Assembly: GCF_036971445.1 (NCBI RefSeq)
Contig: NC_091469.1
Span: 219,170,001 to 219,234,000, forward strand
Source of the DNA: Narcine bancroftii
Taxonomy: Eukaryota
Direction: 5' to 3'
DNA length: 64,000 nucleotides
Under the pieces are notes generated by a model. It was not told the DNA's origin. It worked only from the letters and a program-made list of their open reading frames with translations, and searched no databases. Positions within the stretch are counted from its first letter, which is position 1, and each line of letters opens with the position of its first letter. The translations under genes and the position numbers were made by a program. Of the stretch, positions 50,336 through 62,499 are shown one piece after another.

Positions 50336-51792
50336 TTTGAACATAGGAACATAAGAAATAGGAGCAGGTGTCGGCTGTCCGATCCGTCGAGCTTGCTCTG
50401 CCATTCAATGAGATCATGGCTGATTTGATGATGGGTTCATCTCCATCTAATGCCTTTTCCCTACAATCACATAATTCCCCAACTATGTAAAAATCTATTC
50501 AACCTTGTCTTAAATATACTTACTGAGGTTGCCTCTACTGCCTCAATGGGGCGCACTGCCACAGATTCACCATCCTCTGGGAAAAGCCATTCCTCCTCAT
50601 CTCCATCCTCAATCTACTGCCCTGAATCTTAAGGTTATGGCCCCTAGTTTTAGGCCTGCCCACTAATGGGAACAACTTACCAAACTCCATCTTATCTATG
50701 CCTTTCACAATTTTATTCCTTTCTATAAGGACACCTCTCATTCTTCTAAATTCAAGCAAGTATAGCCCAAGGTGACTCAATCTCTCCTCATATACTAATC
50801 CCCTCATCTCTGGAATCGACCTGGTGAACCTCCTCTGTACTGCCTCCAAAGCCAGCTGTACATCCTTCCTCAAGTAAGGAAACCAGAACTGGATGCAGTT
50901 CTCCAGAAGCAATCTCTCCAATACTTTGAAGAGTTAACCTCTCTGTTCTTACATTCAATCCTTCTATCAATGAAGGCCAATATTCCATTTTCCTTCTTGA
51001 TAGCCTGCTTTACTTGCAAACTAACCTTTTGTGATTCATGCATAAGCACTCCCAAGATGCTCTGCATGGCAGCATGCTGGAATTCTTGCCAGTTAAATAA
51101 AAATCGGATCTTCCAATTTTCATTCCAAAGTAGATGACCTCACATTTATCATCATTGTATTCCATCTGCCAGACATTTGTCCACTCATTTAACTCATCTA
51201 TATCTCTCTAAAGACTCGCCGCATTGTCTGTACAATTTGCTTTTCCACTTAATTTAGTGTTATCAGAAAATTAGATACACTACACTCTACCCCCTCTTGT
51301 AGATCATTAAAGTAAATCATGAAGAGTTGCGGGACCAGCACTGACCCCTGAAGCACCCCACTCACCACCAACTAGAAAAACACTGTTGTACCCCAACTCT
51401 TCTCTTTCTATTGGTTCACCAATCCTCTATTCATGCTAATACATCATTCCCAACCAACTCTGTGCATCCTCATCTTCTGTATAGGTCATTTATGTGGCAT
51501 CTTATCGAACGCCTTCTGGAAATCCAGGTAAACAACGTTCATCCGCTCCCCTTTATTTACTGCGCTCATTATATCCTCAAAGAACTCCAGTAAATTTGTC
51601 AAACAGGACCTGCCTTTGTTTAATCCATACTGCGTCTGCCTGATGGATCCACTTCATGCTGAATGTCTTGCTATTTCTTTTTTAATGATAGTTTCAAGCA
51701 TTTTCACCCTTATGGATGTTAAACTAACTGGCCTGTCGTCCCTGCCTTTTTTCCTACATCATTGTTTGAATAGTGGCACAACATTCACCACC

Positions 51793-51999
51793 TACAGTGA
51801 ACTGAGATTCATTGGTAGTGTGTTGTGCTGATGGCTGACTCTGCCTCCTGGCTCCGCCCCCATCTACCCATATATAACCCTGGTTTCCCGCCTAAACCCA
51901 GAGCTCATCCCAAGACCACTGTAAGACCCTACCCTCAATTATAAGCTAATAAAAGTGGTTGTTCTCCCTCCAGTTGTGAGAGCTTTGATTCGTGCTACA
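51793..51999 (+). repeat. 5' LTR
   Basis: tacagtgaactg...gctaca (TG changed to TA); TATA tatataa at ~51871; AATAAA at 51948. Confidence 0.9.
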
Positions 52000-52025
52000 A
52001 TTTTATTAGCTTATATCTCTAGAAG

Positions 52026-52838
52026 ATGGAAGCACTACTCAAGCCAGGGGTGCTGCTGATAGACCGTCTGGCTGCTACTGAGGAGTTCACATACTGGCTA
52101 GACTGCTTCCAGGCCTACCTGAATGAGACCAGAGACATCTTCTGCACCGATGAACTCAGGATGTCGGTACACATTTTGAGGTTAGGAATGAAAGAGTATG
52201 TAGTCATCGGGGACTGCACCACATATGATGCTGCCATTACGGCATTGAAGGCTCAGTACGTGAAGTCAAAGAACGAAGTCCTAGTGAGGCACAACCTCGC
52301 TCTATGTCGCCAATGGCCTGGAGAGACCATCGATGACTACCTGCTGGATCTGTGGATGTTTGCCAAGAAGTGCAGGTACGAAACTGATACACGATGTGTT
52401 CAGGAGGAAGAACAGATCCAGGATTCTCTAGTAGAGGGGGTCTGCTCAAGGTACGTGAGGCAGCGACTGCTCGAGTCGGATAAGAAGGAAATGGCAAGCC
52501 ACGTTGAACTGGCCAAGTGGCTGGAACAGGCCAAGCTTGAGAATGATGACCTCGAAGCTAGCGAGCTTGCTCACTCAGATGACTCCTTCCAAAGACCGGC
52601 TGCTCCTGCTATCCCTGCCCTAACAGCTGCTGCTTCCCGCGCTAGGGAGCACTCCCACAATAGGGAGTCCTTTTTCTCTAGTAAGAGCCAGCATCCCAAA
52701 TCACATTGCCTGGCAAAAGACTCAGTGTGCTCCAGCCGTGGTAAGAAAGGGCACTGGGCGAGGGTTTGCCATGCAAGGGGAAGACAGGGAAGTTCACAGT
52801 TCTTGGATCTGATTGCAGCCCCAAGCCGTCTGCCCTGA
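52026..52838 (+). pseudogene. gag: gag, still open for 270 aa but with degenerate zinc knuckles
   Basis: CRQWPGETIDDYL...IQDSLVEGV...VRQRLLE; knuckle remnant HPKSHCLAKDSVCSSRGKKGHWARVC. Confidence 0.85.
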
Positions 52839-53079
52839 ATTTGCCTGAACCCACTTGCTGCGCTACACACTGAAGGAGGGTGGCAGTTAGAAAACGGCGT
52901 GAAAAGGCTCAGTGGCCATCTTGCCGTGACTCAAATTCAAACTCGGCACCTTCATCATCAGAGGAAGAAGGAGGGTGGCCATCTTGCCACGCCACGAGGT
53001 CAGCGCCATCTTACCCGCAGGTAACTCGGGACGATGGCGGCCACTCAAGTGAGGAATACGGAATCTCCGGGGTCATAGC

Positions 53080-55560
53080 CTCCATGGTTCTGGATCAGGC
53101 CAGGCCTCTCCAGTTTAGCAACTCCATCGTGACTGTTAAGGTATATGGACATTCCACTAAATGCCTATTGACACAGGCTCTACTGAAAGATTCAGAGACT
53201 CACGAACTGCATGAGAATACAACCTGAAGGTGTATCCTTCCAATTATTTCATATTCCATTCGCACTCCACCCGTATTCAAGGAACATTGTATGGTACATT
53301 TTGTATGTACTTAATGAATTGTGTTCTCTGGTACTGTTGAGTTTGGATTTCTTGTGTCACCTTAAAAGCGTGACTTTGGAGTATTCTGGTCCCCTCTCTC
53401 CCATAATGGTTCGGAATGGAAAACTTTTAAAGTTTGAACCCACATGCAGCTTCTCCACACTAAATATCAACACCTGCCCTCCCCTCTTCCTAAATCTGTC
53501 CACAGGCTGCAAACCTATAACTACCAAGAACAGGCGCTACAGCACACCAATGTCTGCTCGATGAAGGTATCACGAACCTAGCACCAGCCCATGAAGAGTG
53601 CAAGTGGTGGTGGTAAAAGAGGAAAATTAGTCCAGGCTAGTAATTGACTATAGCCAAACAATTAATTGGTACACACTCCTGGATGCATACCCCCTCCCTT
53701 GAATCTTGGACATGGTGAATGATATAGCACAGCATCGGGTCTATTCAACTATTGACCTGAAAGCAGCTAATCCATACTGAGGACCGCCTCCACATGGCAT
53801 TTGAGGCATACGTTCATTTCTATCAATTCTAGAGAGACCCTTTCGGTATTATTAATGGGGTTTCTATCTTCCAGAGGCAGATGGGCAGAATGGTGTTTGA
53901 ATACAGGTTGAAGGCTACCTTTCTCTACCTCGACAGTGTCACCATCTCTGGTCTTACCTTGGAGGATCATGTTGCCAACCTTCAGAACTTTCTCCATGCA
54001 GCAAAAGCCATGTACCTCACAAAAATCCAGCATGTGTGTGTACAGGACTAAACGTCTGGCTATCCTTGGCTACATGGTGACGAATGGTATCAATTGCGCT
54101 GACCCCGATAGGATGTGCCCCCAGGACCATGAAAGCTTTGAGGAGATCCACGCACAGTGGATCCCTCAATACGCCGATAAGGTTCACCCCCTCCTAAAAG
54201 CCACTACATTTCCCCTCTTGGCTGAAGCCCAAACAGCTTTTAACTACCATGTGAAACCACATTGCAAAAGCCGCCATGCATACGGTGGCTGAGAATGTAC
54301 CTTTGCAGGTGGAAAGCGAAGCTTTGGATGTGACCCTGGCTACTACCCTCAACCAGGTGGGCAGGACGCTTGCATTTTTTTCTCGGACATTGAAAGCCCA
54401 TGTGCTCCAAAACCCCTCAGTGGAAAAGGAGGCTCAAGCCATTGTAGAAGCCATGAGGCACTAGAGACACTACCTGGCTGATTGGAAATTTATGCACCTC
54501 ACTGACCAGCGCTCGGTAACATTCATGTTTAATAATGTCAAGAGGGGAAAAATTAAGAATGACAAGATTGCTAGGTGGAGGTCGAGCTCTCCACCTACAA
54601 TTAAGTCATTGCCTATTGGCCAGGTGCCCTTAATGACCCTCCAGATGCCTTATCCAGAGGTAGCTGTGCCTCTGCACACATTGGCCAACTGCGGACTCTG
54701 CTTAATGAGCTCTGCCATTCAGGGGATAACCACATGGCTCATTTTGTCAAGGCGTGTAATCTGTCCTACTCTATGGAAGATGTCAGGGAAATGACCAGCT
54801 CTTGCCATGTCTATGCGGAGTCCAAGCCACATTTCTACTGCCCCACAAAAGCGCACCTGATCAAGTCATCCAGGCCCTTCGAACGGCTCCGTGTCGATTT
54901 TAAGGGACCTCTCCCCTCCATGAATGGGAACACTTTCTTCCTCTCTATCACTGATGAGTACTCCCGCTTCTCGTTCACCATCCCATGTCCAGACACGTCC
55001 ACTTTGCCAGTCATAAAGGCCCTAGACTCCATTTTTGCCCTGTTTGGGTATCCCAGCTATATTAATAGTGACCGGGGCTCATCCTTTATGAGTGACGAGC
55101 TGTGTCAGAACCTGCTGGTGAGGGGCATCGCATCCAGCAGGACTTCGAGCTACAAAGCCCAGGGGAACGGGCAGGTTGAAAAGGAAAATCCCACGGTCTG
55201 GAAGGCTGTCAAGCTGGCCCTCAAGTCAAGAGGCCTTCCTGACTCGTGCTAGCAGGAAGTCCTTCCTATGGCGCTCCATTCCATCCATTTGCTACTATGT
55301 ACAGTGACCAAAGCTACTCCTCATGGGCTCCTATTCAATTTCAAGAGAAGGTCGGCATCAGGAACTACACTTCCAACCTGGCTCACCACTCCTGGTCCAG
55401 TCCATCTCAAGTAGCATGTGAGGAGAAGCAAGACAAATTCCCTGGTGGAAAGAGTGAAACTGCTCCATGCCAATGGATGCCTTTGTGGAGTACCCAGATG
55501 GCAGGGAGGACAACGTCTCCATCAGGACCTGGCACCCGTCGGAACAAGTGCCCTATGAGC
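53080..55560 (+). pseudogene. pol: pol (PR-RT-RH-IN), frameshifted
   Basis: IDYSQTIN..TLLDAYPLP and YLD RT motifs; LAFFSRTL...SVEKEAQAIVEA and LTDQRSV RNase H; PFERLRVDFKGPLP...SDRGSSF...GNGQVE integrase. Confidence 0.88.
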
Positions 55561-55853
55561 CCCAGAGCTCATTCTCGCCACCCCCAGTCAGTGCCTCAGG
55601 GGATCTAGTTCAGGAGGAAAGTGCATCCCCCTCCATCGTAGAGCCGGAGACCCAGTCTGCCTCTCCTCCCGCACAAGGGGCCCAGGACACTCAAGGAGTT
55701 CAAGGCTCCCCGGTGCTAAGGCACTCAACCAGGATCTCCAGACCCCGGACCACTTTAACTTTTAAATAACTATATAATTAAAAAAAAAAATTCTTCTGAC
55801 TCTATATTCTCTGTCTTCATCCACATACCCTAAATTCTGCAGGATGGGGTGAA

Positions 55854-56060
55854 TGCAGTGAACTGGAATTTACTGATAGGCTGTTGTACTGATGGCCGCC
55901 TCCACCTCCTGACTCCACCCCCATCTGCTCATATATATCCCTGGTTTCCTGCCTAAACCCTGAGCCCTTCTGAAGACCACTGTAAGACCCTACCCACAAT
56001 TATCAGCTAATAAAAGCCCATATTCTCCCTCCAGTTGTGACAGCTTTTATTCACGCTACA
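55854..56060 (+). repeat. 3' LTR
   Basis: tgcagtgaactgg...cgctaca; aligns with 51793-51999. Confidence 0.9.
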
Positions 56061-58295
56061 TCATCTTCCAATCCACTGGGTCCTAACCAGAGACCAGAGA
56101 ATTTTGGTAAATAATCACCAAAGCCTCTTCTATAACTTCTGCCATTTCTTTCAGTATCCTGGGATGCATCAGGGTCAGGGCACTGGTCAACCATGCCAGT
56201 CAAATGTTATGGATGTGAGGATGTGATGGGAGGTGAGGATGTAATAACAATCACTAAAGATTTGACTGAGCAAATTTGTGAGTCTAAAGACAGATATATC
56301 CTCTACCATGAAAACTGATACAAAGCAGTCATTCAAAGCCTCAGCCTTTTCCTCATTACCCAATATCAATTCCCACTTCTCATCTTTCAAGGGACCAAGC
56401 TTTATTTTAGCCACCCATTTGCACTTTATATACGTTACTTTTACTGTCCATTTTTATATTTTTACTAATCTTTTCTCACAGTCTACCTTCCCTTTCATTA
56501 CTGCTTGCTTCGTGGCTCTTTTTGTTTCTTAAAGATTTTCCAATCTTTTGGTTTCCCACTGCACTTGGCTACTTTGAACACTCTAGCTGTTAGTTTGATG
56601 CCTTCCTTGATCTCTTGAGTTATCCAAGGCTGTCTTCCCCCACCCTTACCTTTCTTACTTTAAACTGGAATATACTTATGTTGAGCAACATAAAAAATCT
56701 CTTGGAAAGACTTACATGGTTCTTCAATCATCCCTCCATATAGCCTGCTTTCCCAGTCCACTCTTGCCAAAATGATAGGCAGTATTAGTGTCTGCCTTGA
56801 GATTTAAGAAGACTTTCGAAGAAATGGTGCTATTTTTGAATAATTATCTCTAATATTACATGTTGATATTAATTAATTATGGATAGATGATTATGTGCCT
56901 GGTTTTTAAAATGTTAATCTTATTATTATTTCTCTGAGTTACTTGGGAGGCTTCTTAAATAACTTAGAGATGCAAGATTCAAATAACAGAAGAGACTTTA
57001 CTTACTGATGCCTTCCACCATCTCAGGACACTGTTCACACACACTCATATACATACGTCCCACAGTGGTGCACTAGAGTTACTACAGTGAGAAGGGTGTA
57101 TTCTTACGTGGTTGCATTATAGTTCACATTATCCTGACTATATAACACTTACCATTATTAAGTTTTCCGGCCTCATCTCCAAAGAAATTGACTGCAGTGC
57201 TATGATTTTTCAGCTTTTCCTTGCTCTCTCTAAAGGTATGTGTGAAGTTCTGTTTTGGTGCATATACTCACAAATAGATGTTCATAAGGCTGGCACTTCT
57301 GAAGGAACCATAATATCAACATGTAAAAATTAATGCTTTCATTGGTCGAATAGTTATGATTTATTAACCGCTGTCTGAAATTTGTTGCTGATGCCATTTT
57401 TCCGTCATTTATTTATGTTACAATGTGCTATCCAAGAGTCAAGTAAGGCAGCAGCTGACATTTTGGGTGCTCCTTATGAAGTGCGGCTGGAGCAGATGTT
57501 TTACATATTGCAGCAGGAAAATAGTCTGAGATGGATCGTAGTGTTCTCGCTTTAGAATATCTGAGCCCACCCCCCTCATTTTGTGCTGATAATAACTTAA
57601 CTCGAAGAACACGAAATCCAAGGATGCATTTTCTGCCGTGACACTGAAGTTGCAATGGCAGGCACCAAGTTGTCACCAGATGGAATGGCTGAATTTTCTA
57701 GAATCAGCAGTAATAAATGACTTAAGGTGAGTTCCTGACCTAAACAGAGAGCTCACCGACAAAGTAGCAGCTGGTGATTGAACTATTCTGAGCTCATTTG
57801 AAGAAGCCTTACAAAGGCTGTGAATATTTTAGAATGGCTCCCATCTGCCGTTTGTTTGGTAAAAGGTGTAGAAGGCAAAATCAGTGTGGAACCAAGATAC
57901 CAAGATATAAATAAATCACAGCAGCAGGTATTCACCCCTGCAAGCCTTCTCCACCGTACAATCAGATCAGGACTGATTATTCAAATTTAGTACACTATTC
58001 CTACCCTAGGGCACTTGATCTCTTTCTTACTCTGATTTGACTTCCACTCTTTGAGAGAAGAAATTTCTCCTCACCTTAGTCCTAAATGACTCCTTCCATA
58101 TCGTTAGCCTGTGACACTTGGTACATGTGAATGCAGGTGATGAGGCCCTGGAGTCTCACTAACTTTTGATCAGTTTTCTCAACACCATTTTCTTACTAAT
58201 ATTGATTTCCTTCAGTTCCTCCCTGTTTCACTAGCACTTTTGGCAAGTGTTTTTGTTTCCTCTTTTGTAATACAGATTGGAAGCATTTTTTTGTA

Positions 58296-58640
58296 AAGAA
58301 CATAAGAAATAGAAGTGGGGGGCAGCCATTCGGCCCATCGAGCCTGATCTGCTATTCAATGAGATCACAGCTGATCTGATGATAGGCTCATCTCAATCCA
58401 CCTGCCTTTTCCCCATATTACTTAATTTCCTTACTATGTAGAAATCTATATTAATTTTCAATTGCTTTGCCCATTATTCCCATTTTAAATTTCCCTGTTT
58501 CTGAAAGTAAATTGTCTGCAATTGTTTTCACCAATTATTTTATTTTCAAATGCCTACTGAAGCTTTTGCGGTCACTTTTTCATGTTCTCTGCAAGCTTGC
58601 ATTGTTACCCTACGCCTCTTGGTCCTTGTTTGTCATGTCC
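58296..58640 (-). mobile_element. CR1 LINE fragments (3' tail plus internal piece)
   Basis: 'gaacataagaaatagaag...gccattcggcccatcgagcctg', homologous to 50345-50500. Confidence 0.75.
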
Positions 58641-58694
58641 TAACTGATCCCCAGAGCATCAAAGGCCAATACCAGAGGATATACCGGAGGATTG

Positions 58695-58962
58695 AGGTGG
58701 CAATGGTTAGCGTAGTAGTCACCACAATGCCTTTACTGCGCCAGCAACCAAGACTGGGGTTCCAATCCCGCACTGTCTGTAAGGAGTTTTTTACGTTCTC
58801 CCCCGTGTCTGCGTGGGTTTTCCCCCGGGGACTCCAGGTTCCACCCACTGTTTGAGACATACCGGGAGGGGGGGGGGGTTCAGATTATTTGAGTGTACAT
58901 TGGGCGGCATGGACTTGTCGGCTAAAATGGCCTGTAACTGTGGTGTGTGTGTAAATTTAAAT
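58695..58962 (+). mobile_element. tRNA-derived V-SINE (HE1-like)
   Basis: A box 'tggttagcgtagt', B box 'ggttccaatccc', V-domain 'gttctccccgtgtctgcgtgggtttt', tail 'aaatttaaatt'. Confidence 0.87.
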
Positions 58963-59044
58963 TATGTTTAGGGTGAGTGGAGGAAATTTTAGAGAGATGT
59001 CAGAGGTAAGTTTTTTTACATTGTGATGGATGCCTGGAATACAT

Positions 59045-59172
59045 CCTTAAGAATGGCGCAGGTCTGAAACATTGACTGCTTTTTACTTCGGGTGGATGGT
59101 GCATGAGCTCCTGAATTTCTCCAGCAATTTGTCCGCCGCACTAGACCCCAGCATCTGCAGATTTTCTTGCTT
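59045..59172 (+). mobile_element. Penelope-like pLTR fragment
   Basis: 'ctgaaacattgactg...gatggtgc...ctgaatttctccagca...ccagcatctgcagattttctt'. Confidence 0.6.
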
Positions 59173-59339
59173 ATGAGCAATTGTTGTAGTTCATCAATGA
59201 GCTCATTAAATGCTTGCTTTTGCCATTTTAAATGTCAATTCCAAAAGTAACATTCCCCAATATATCTTAGCCTCATATGTAAAAAAAAAAATGGAAACAG
59301 CATTGGGAGGAAGAACTAGAATACTTGAAGCACAATTCA

Positions 59340-59720
59340 TGCCCCTCAGCATATCCTAAAGCACTTCACAGCAAATGAAACACTGTTGACATGCAGTTGT
59401 TCTTACATATAGGGAAAAGAGGCATCAAATGGTGTGGAGCAAGCTTACAAATGAGGTGAATGATGATCTGTTTTCATTGTATTGAGTCAAGAATGGTAGA
59501 CATCTGGAGACCCCCCCCCCCCCCCCGCCCCCCACCCCATCCCCGACCTCCACCAGCTTTTCCTTGAAAGAATACAGCATTCCTATTTCAATAAGCATTA
59601 GGTTTCTCTTTATCTGAGGCATGGCAGAAAGTAGCTCTCTGTCAAAGCTGATTGAGAACATGCACACAAATCATGTAGAACTTGAATTAAAAGGGATTAA
59701 AAAAAGGGACCACTGAGCCA
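59340..59720 (-). mobile_element. Ancient DeuSINE-like SINE, decayed
   Basis: Reverse-complement tail 'cctaaagcacttcacagcaaatgaa' and head 'ccactgagcca' (TGGCTCAGTGG A box). Confidence 0.45.
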
Positions 59721-60201
59721 AACCTGTCTTGCAGCATTTTATGCTCCATGTTTGTTGGCTAGAAACTAGTGTAGGGATTGAACATTAGTTGGCATATTTG
59801 ACACCTCAGTTCCAACATAAAACAATGTAATAAAGCAAGACTGAATGTTGCATATGCTCACTCCAAGTTCTGGAAAATAAGAGAGAAAAAATTGTTGCAT
59901 CCACAGTAACTTGCAATAAAATGACCGCTTAAAATATTACATGCCAGAAAGGTGATTCAGGGGTGCATACCTTAGAACATTTCTTGTCAATCTATTGTGC
60001 ATTTCTTCCTGGCACATGCCATGCAGTTACTGTAGCCTCTGTGGCCCTGTCTATGTACCTACTGGCTTATTGTTAAATTATGGGTCAAATCTCGGATGGA
60101 AGAAATTTTGCATCAAAAAATCTACCCCCCAGATATTGGCTAAACTGTACCCAGATCCCAGGTTAACTTATAGACATGCTGTAGGTGTAGGTGTAGGTGT
60201 A

Positions 60202-60375
60202 GGAGGAAAAACCCAACACCCAACCCCAACCCACCAATTTTCCCCTGCAACCGCTGCAACCGTGTCTGCCTGTCCCGCATCGGACTTGTCAGCCACAAAC
60301 GAGCCTGCAGCTGACGTGGACATTTACCCCCTCCATAAATCTTCGTCCGCGAAGCCAAGCCAAAGAAGCCAAAGA
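60202..60375 (+). mobile_element. RTE-clade LINE 3' end
   Basis: Matches the other copies; TSD aggtgta, with extra tandem copies at the 5' junction. Confidence 0.9.
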
Positions 60376-60904
60376 AGGTGTATAAAGAAGGCCTTCGATG
60401 TAAAACACTAATTCTGAATAATAAAAGTACTGACATGGATTTACACAGAAATGAGGCAGAATAACAAATCATTTGTTTCATTAGTTCCATGTTGAATTTC
60501 ATGTATCAAATGAATTGCCCTTTGGACTATTTCATCTGCCTCTCCCAGATTTTCCCTCAGACACTTACAGTATGTAGATTATGCTTAATTTAATCAGTAT
60601 CTACAGTGTGATGTTTTTGTAACAGGTAGGAACAATCTAGTCATTTGGGTGTATTCATCAGTTGTCTGTTTAGAACTTGGTGAGCACTTCCTTCAACAAT
60701 ATTATGGATCATCCATCAGATTACGAAAGGGAAAGTGGAAGAGGTATTAGGACATTGTGTCCTCTTGTGCTGTAACAGCCATGTGGTGAAAGATTGTTTG
60801 CATTGTTTATTCCAGCAAATAGCACCAATCTGGAACTGGAGTAAGTCTGGGGACACCGCCGCCATTTCTCAGGAGGCATTTTCGAGATGTCTAAGAATAA
60901 TGAT

Positions 60905-61100
60905 GCAAACACAACAAACAATTTGCTGGAGGGAATCAGCAAGTTGAACAATATCAGTGGGAGAAAAAGAATGGTCAATATTTCAGGCATCATCAAGACC
61001 AGGTTCCGGCCTGAAATCCTGATCATTCTTTTTAATCCCACTGAAGCCACTCAACCCATTGAGTTGTTCCACCCGAATGTAAGTTGCTCCAGATTCCAAC
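60905..61100. mobile_element. Palindromic Penelope-like pLTR remnant
   Basis: Imperfect inverted repeat 'cagtgggagaaaaagaatggtcaatatttcaggc' / 'gcctgaaatcctgatcattctttttaatcccactg' (60955-61043). Confidence 0.65.
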
Positions 61101-62499
61101 ATCTGTAATCTCCTCTGTGTACCTAAGAATAATGATAGTAGTCCGCAATCTCACAGTGGCTTCTGTTGGTCTACCTTGACCGACAAAAATTATTTAAGTT
61201 AATCTGATCAGCATAGAAATCTTCTGAAATATTTTCATGCATAAACTTTGTTTTAAACATGGCTCAATTTTCCCATTTCAGACCATTATGCTGAAATCTT
61301 GGCATACAATTTATTTAGCTTTCCAGTCAATGTTTGGCTTTAGCTTCCCAAAAAAATGTTAGCAAAACAATTAAAAGAACACCATCACTTTAATGAAAAA
61401 AATCATAATTATCCCAATTAAAAAATACATACCTGTACTGCAGCCACATGATAGAACTAGAAATTAGAAAAGACGTTGAAACCTTTGAGAATTCTGTGAT
61501 TTCATAAATGCTCACCCCTGCCCAGCAATTTCCTAAGTGGGTAGAAACTTGTGCAAGCTTCATTTTTATTGTAGGATTGAAATAAAGATCTATCACCTTT
61601 TTGGCATCACACCTTTAGACTTAACCAAGGTGCCGGCCAAAAGTATCATGGTACCCACTAAAAACTGTCAGTAAGTGAGGGAGATTGCCCAGTCCCTCTG
61701 CACACGTTACATTCCTTTTATCTGGAGAGGGTTCCTATTGGTTGGCTTCCTTGAAAACATAAAACAAGAAGTTAGCACATTTCTTAACAATGTGTTTCTC
61801 CGTTATATGCCAATCTTTTTTTTAAATTTTGCTTTTACGAAATTCTTCAGGACATTGTGCTGTGTTATGTGCGTTGCTAAAGATGATAATGAATCAGTTT
61901 TGATTTGGCCTAGACGAACACAATGCATCTTCTTTGCAGATGTTGGTGACTCAATCTGAAAGAGGTTTGAGGATTCTCACTGAATGCCAACACATAGACC
62001 ATCAACAAATTGACATCAACTTTGCTAAATCAACAAGCTCGTTCTGCCAAAGTAAGATAACTTCTCTCGACAGTGATCTCACCCTTTCTTTATAAAAGCA
62101 CTCCAAACTCCTTTTCCTTCCATCCTCATGCTAGTTTCTCTGGAATATTCAGTTCCCGGGTATATAACAGCATCTTTGAAATGGAAATCAACTCGGACTT
62201 ATTTATTTTTGTACATGCCACTAATTGATCTGCCTTGTAATTAATGCAGCATGCACATATAAAGAGCTTATAATTTTGTATTGTTTTATCATCTTCACCT
62301 ACATTAACCTTGTTTGCCAGTGCACTGATATAATTTCCACATGGGGTGGGGGGGGGGGCAGAAAATAACATGTTGCTGCAGAAAATAGACTGAGGACATT
62401 CCCAGAACAATTAGCTTTAAATAGCACAGCTATAAATTCTATTAACCTACCTCTGCCCTCCAATGTACCCAGCTTCTCCCACCCCCTGATCAGGGAACC

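Larger units (their letters stand above)
51793..56060 (+). mobile_element. Full-length decayed Gypsy LTR retrotransposon (Mag-like gag with twin CCHC knuckles)
   Basis: 207-bp LTRs at 51793-51999 and 55854-56060, PPT aggatggggtgaa, gag-PR-RT-RH-IN order, degenerate 5-bp TSD ccacc/tcatc. Confidence 0.92.
50340..56770 (-). mobile_element. CR1-clade LINE, interrupted by Gypsy 51793-56060
   Basis: Tail 'aacataggaacataagaaataggagcagg'; ORF 50535-50921 (LEAVQRRFTR...); continues after the Gypsy with ORF 56187-56414 (KAEALNDCFVSVF). Confidence 0.9.

Noticed and set aside
58695-58775. tRNA gene (also in the other V-SINE heads)
   Set aside because: A/B boxes are present but there is no intact cloverleaf, and it continues into the V-SINE domain.
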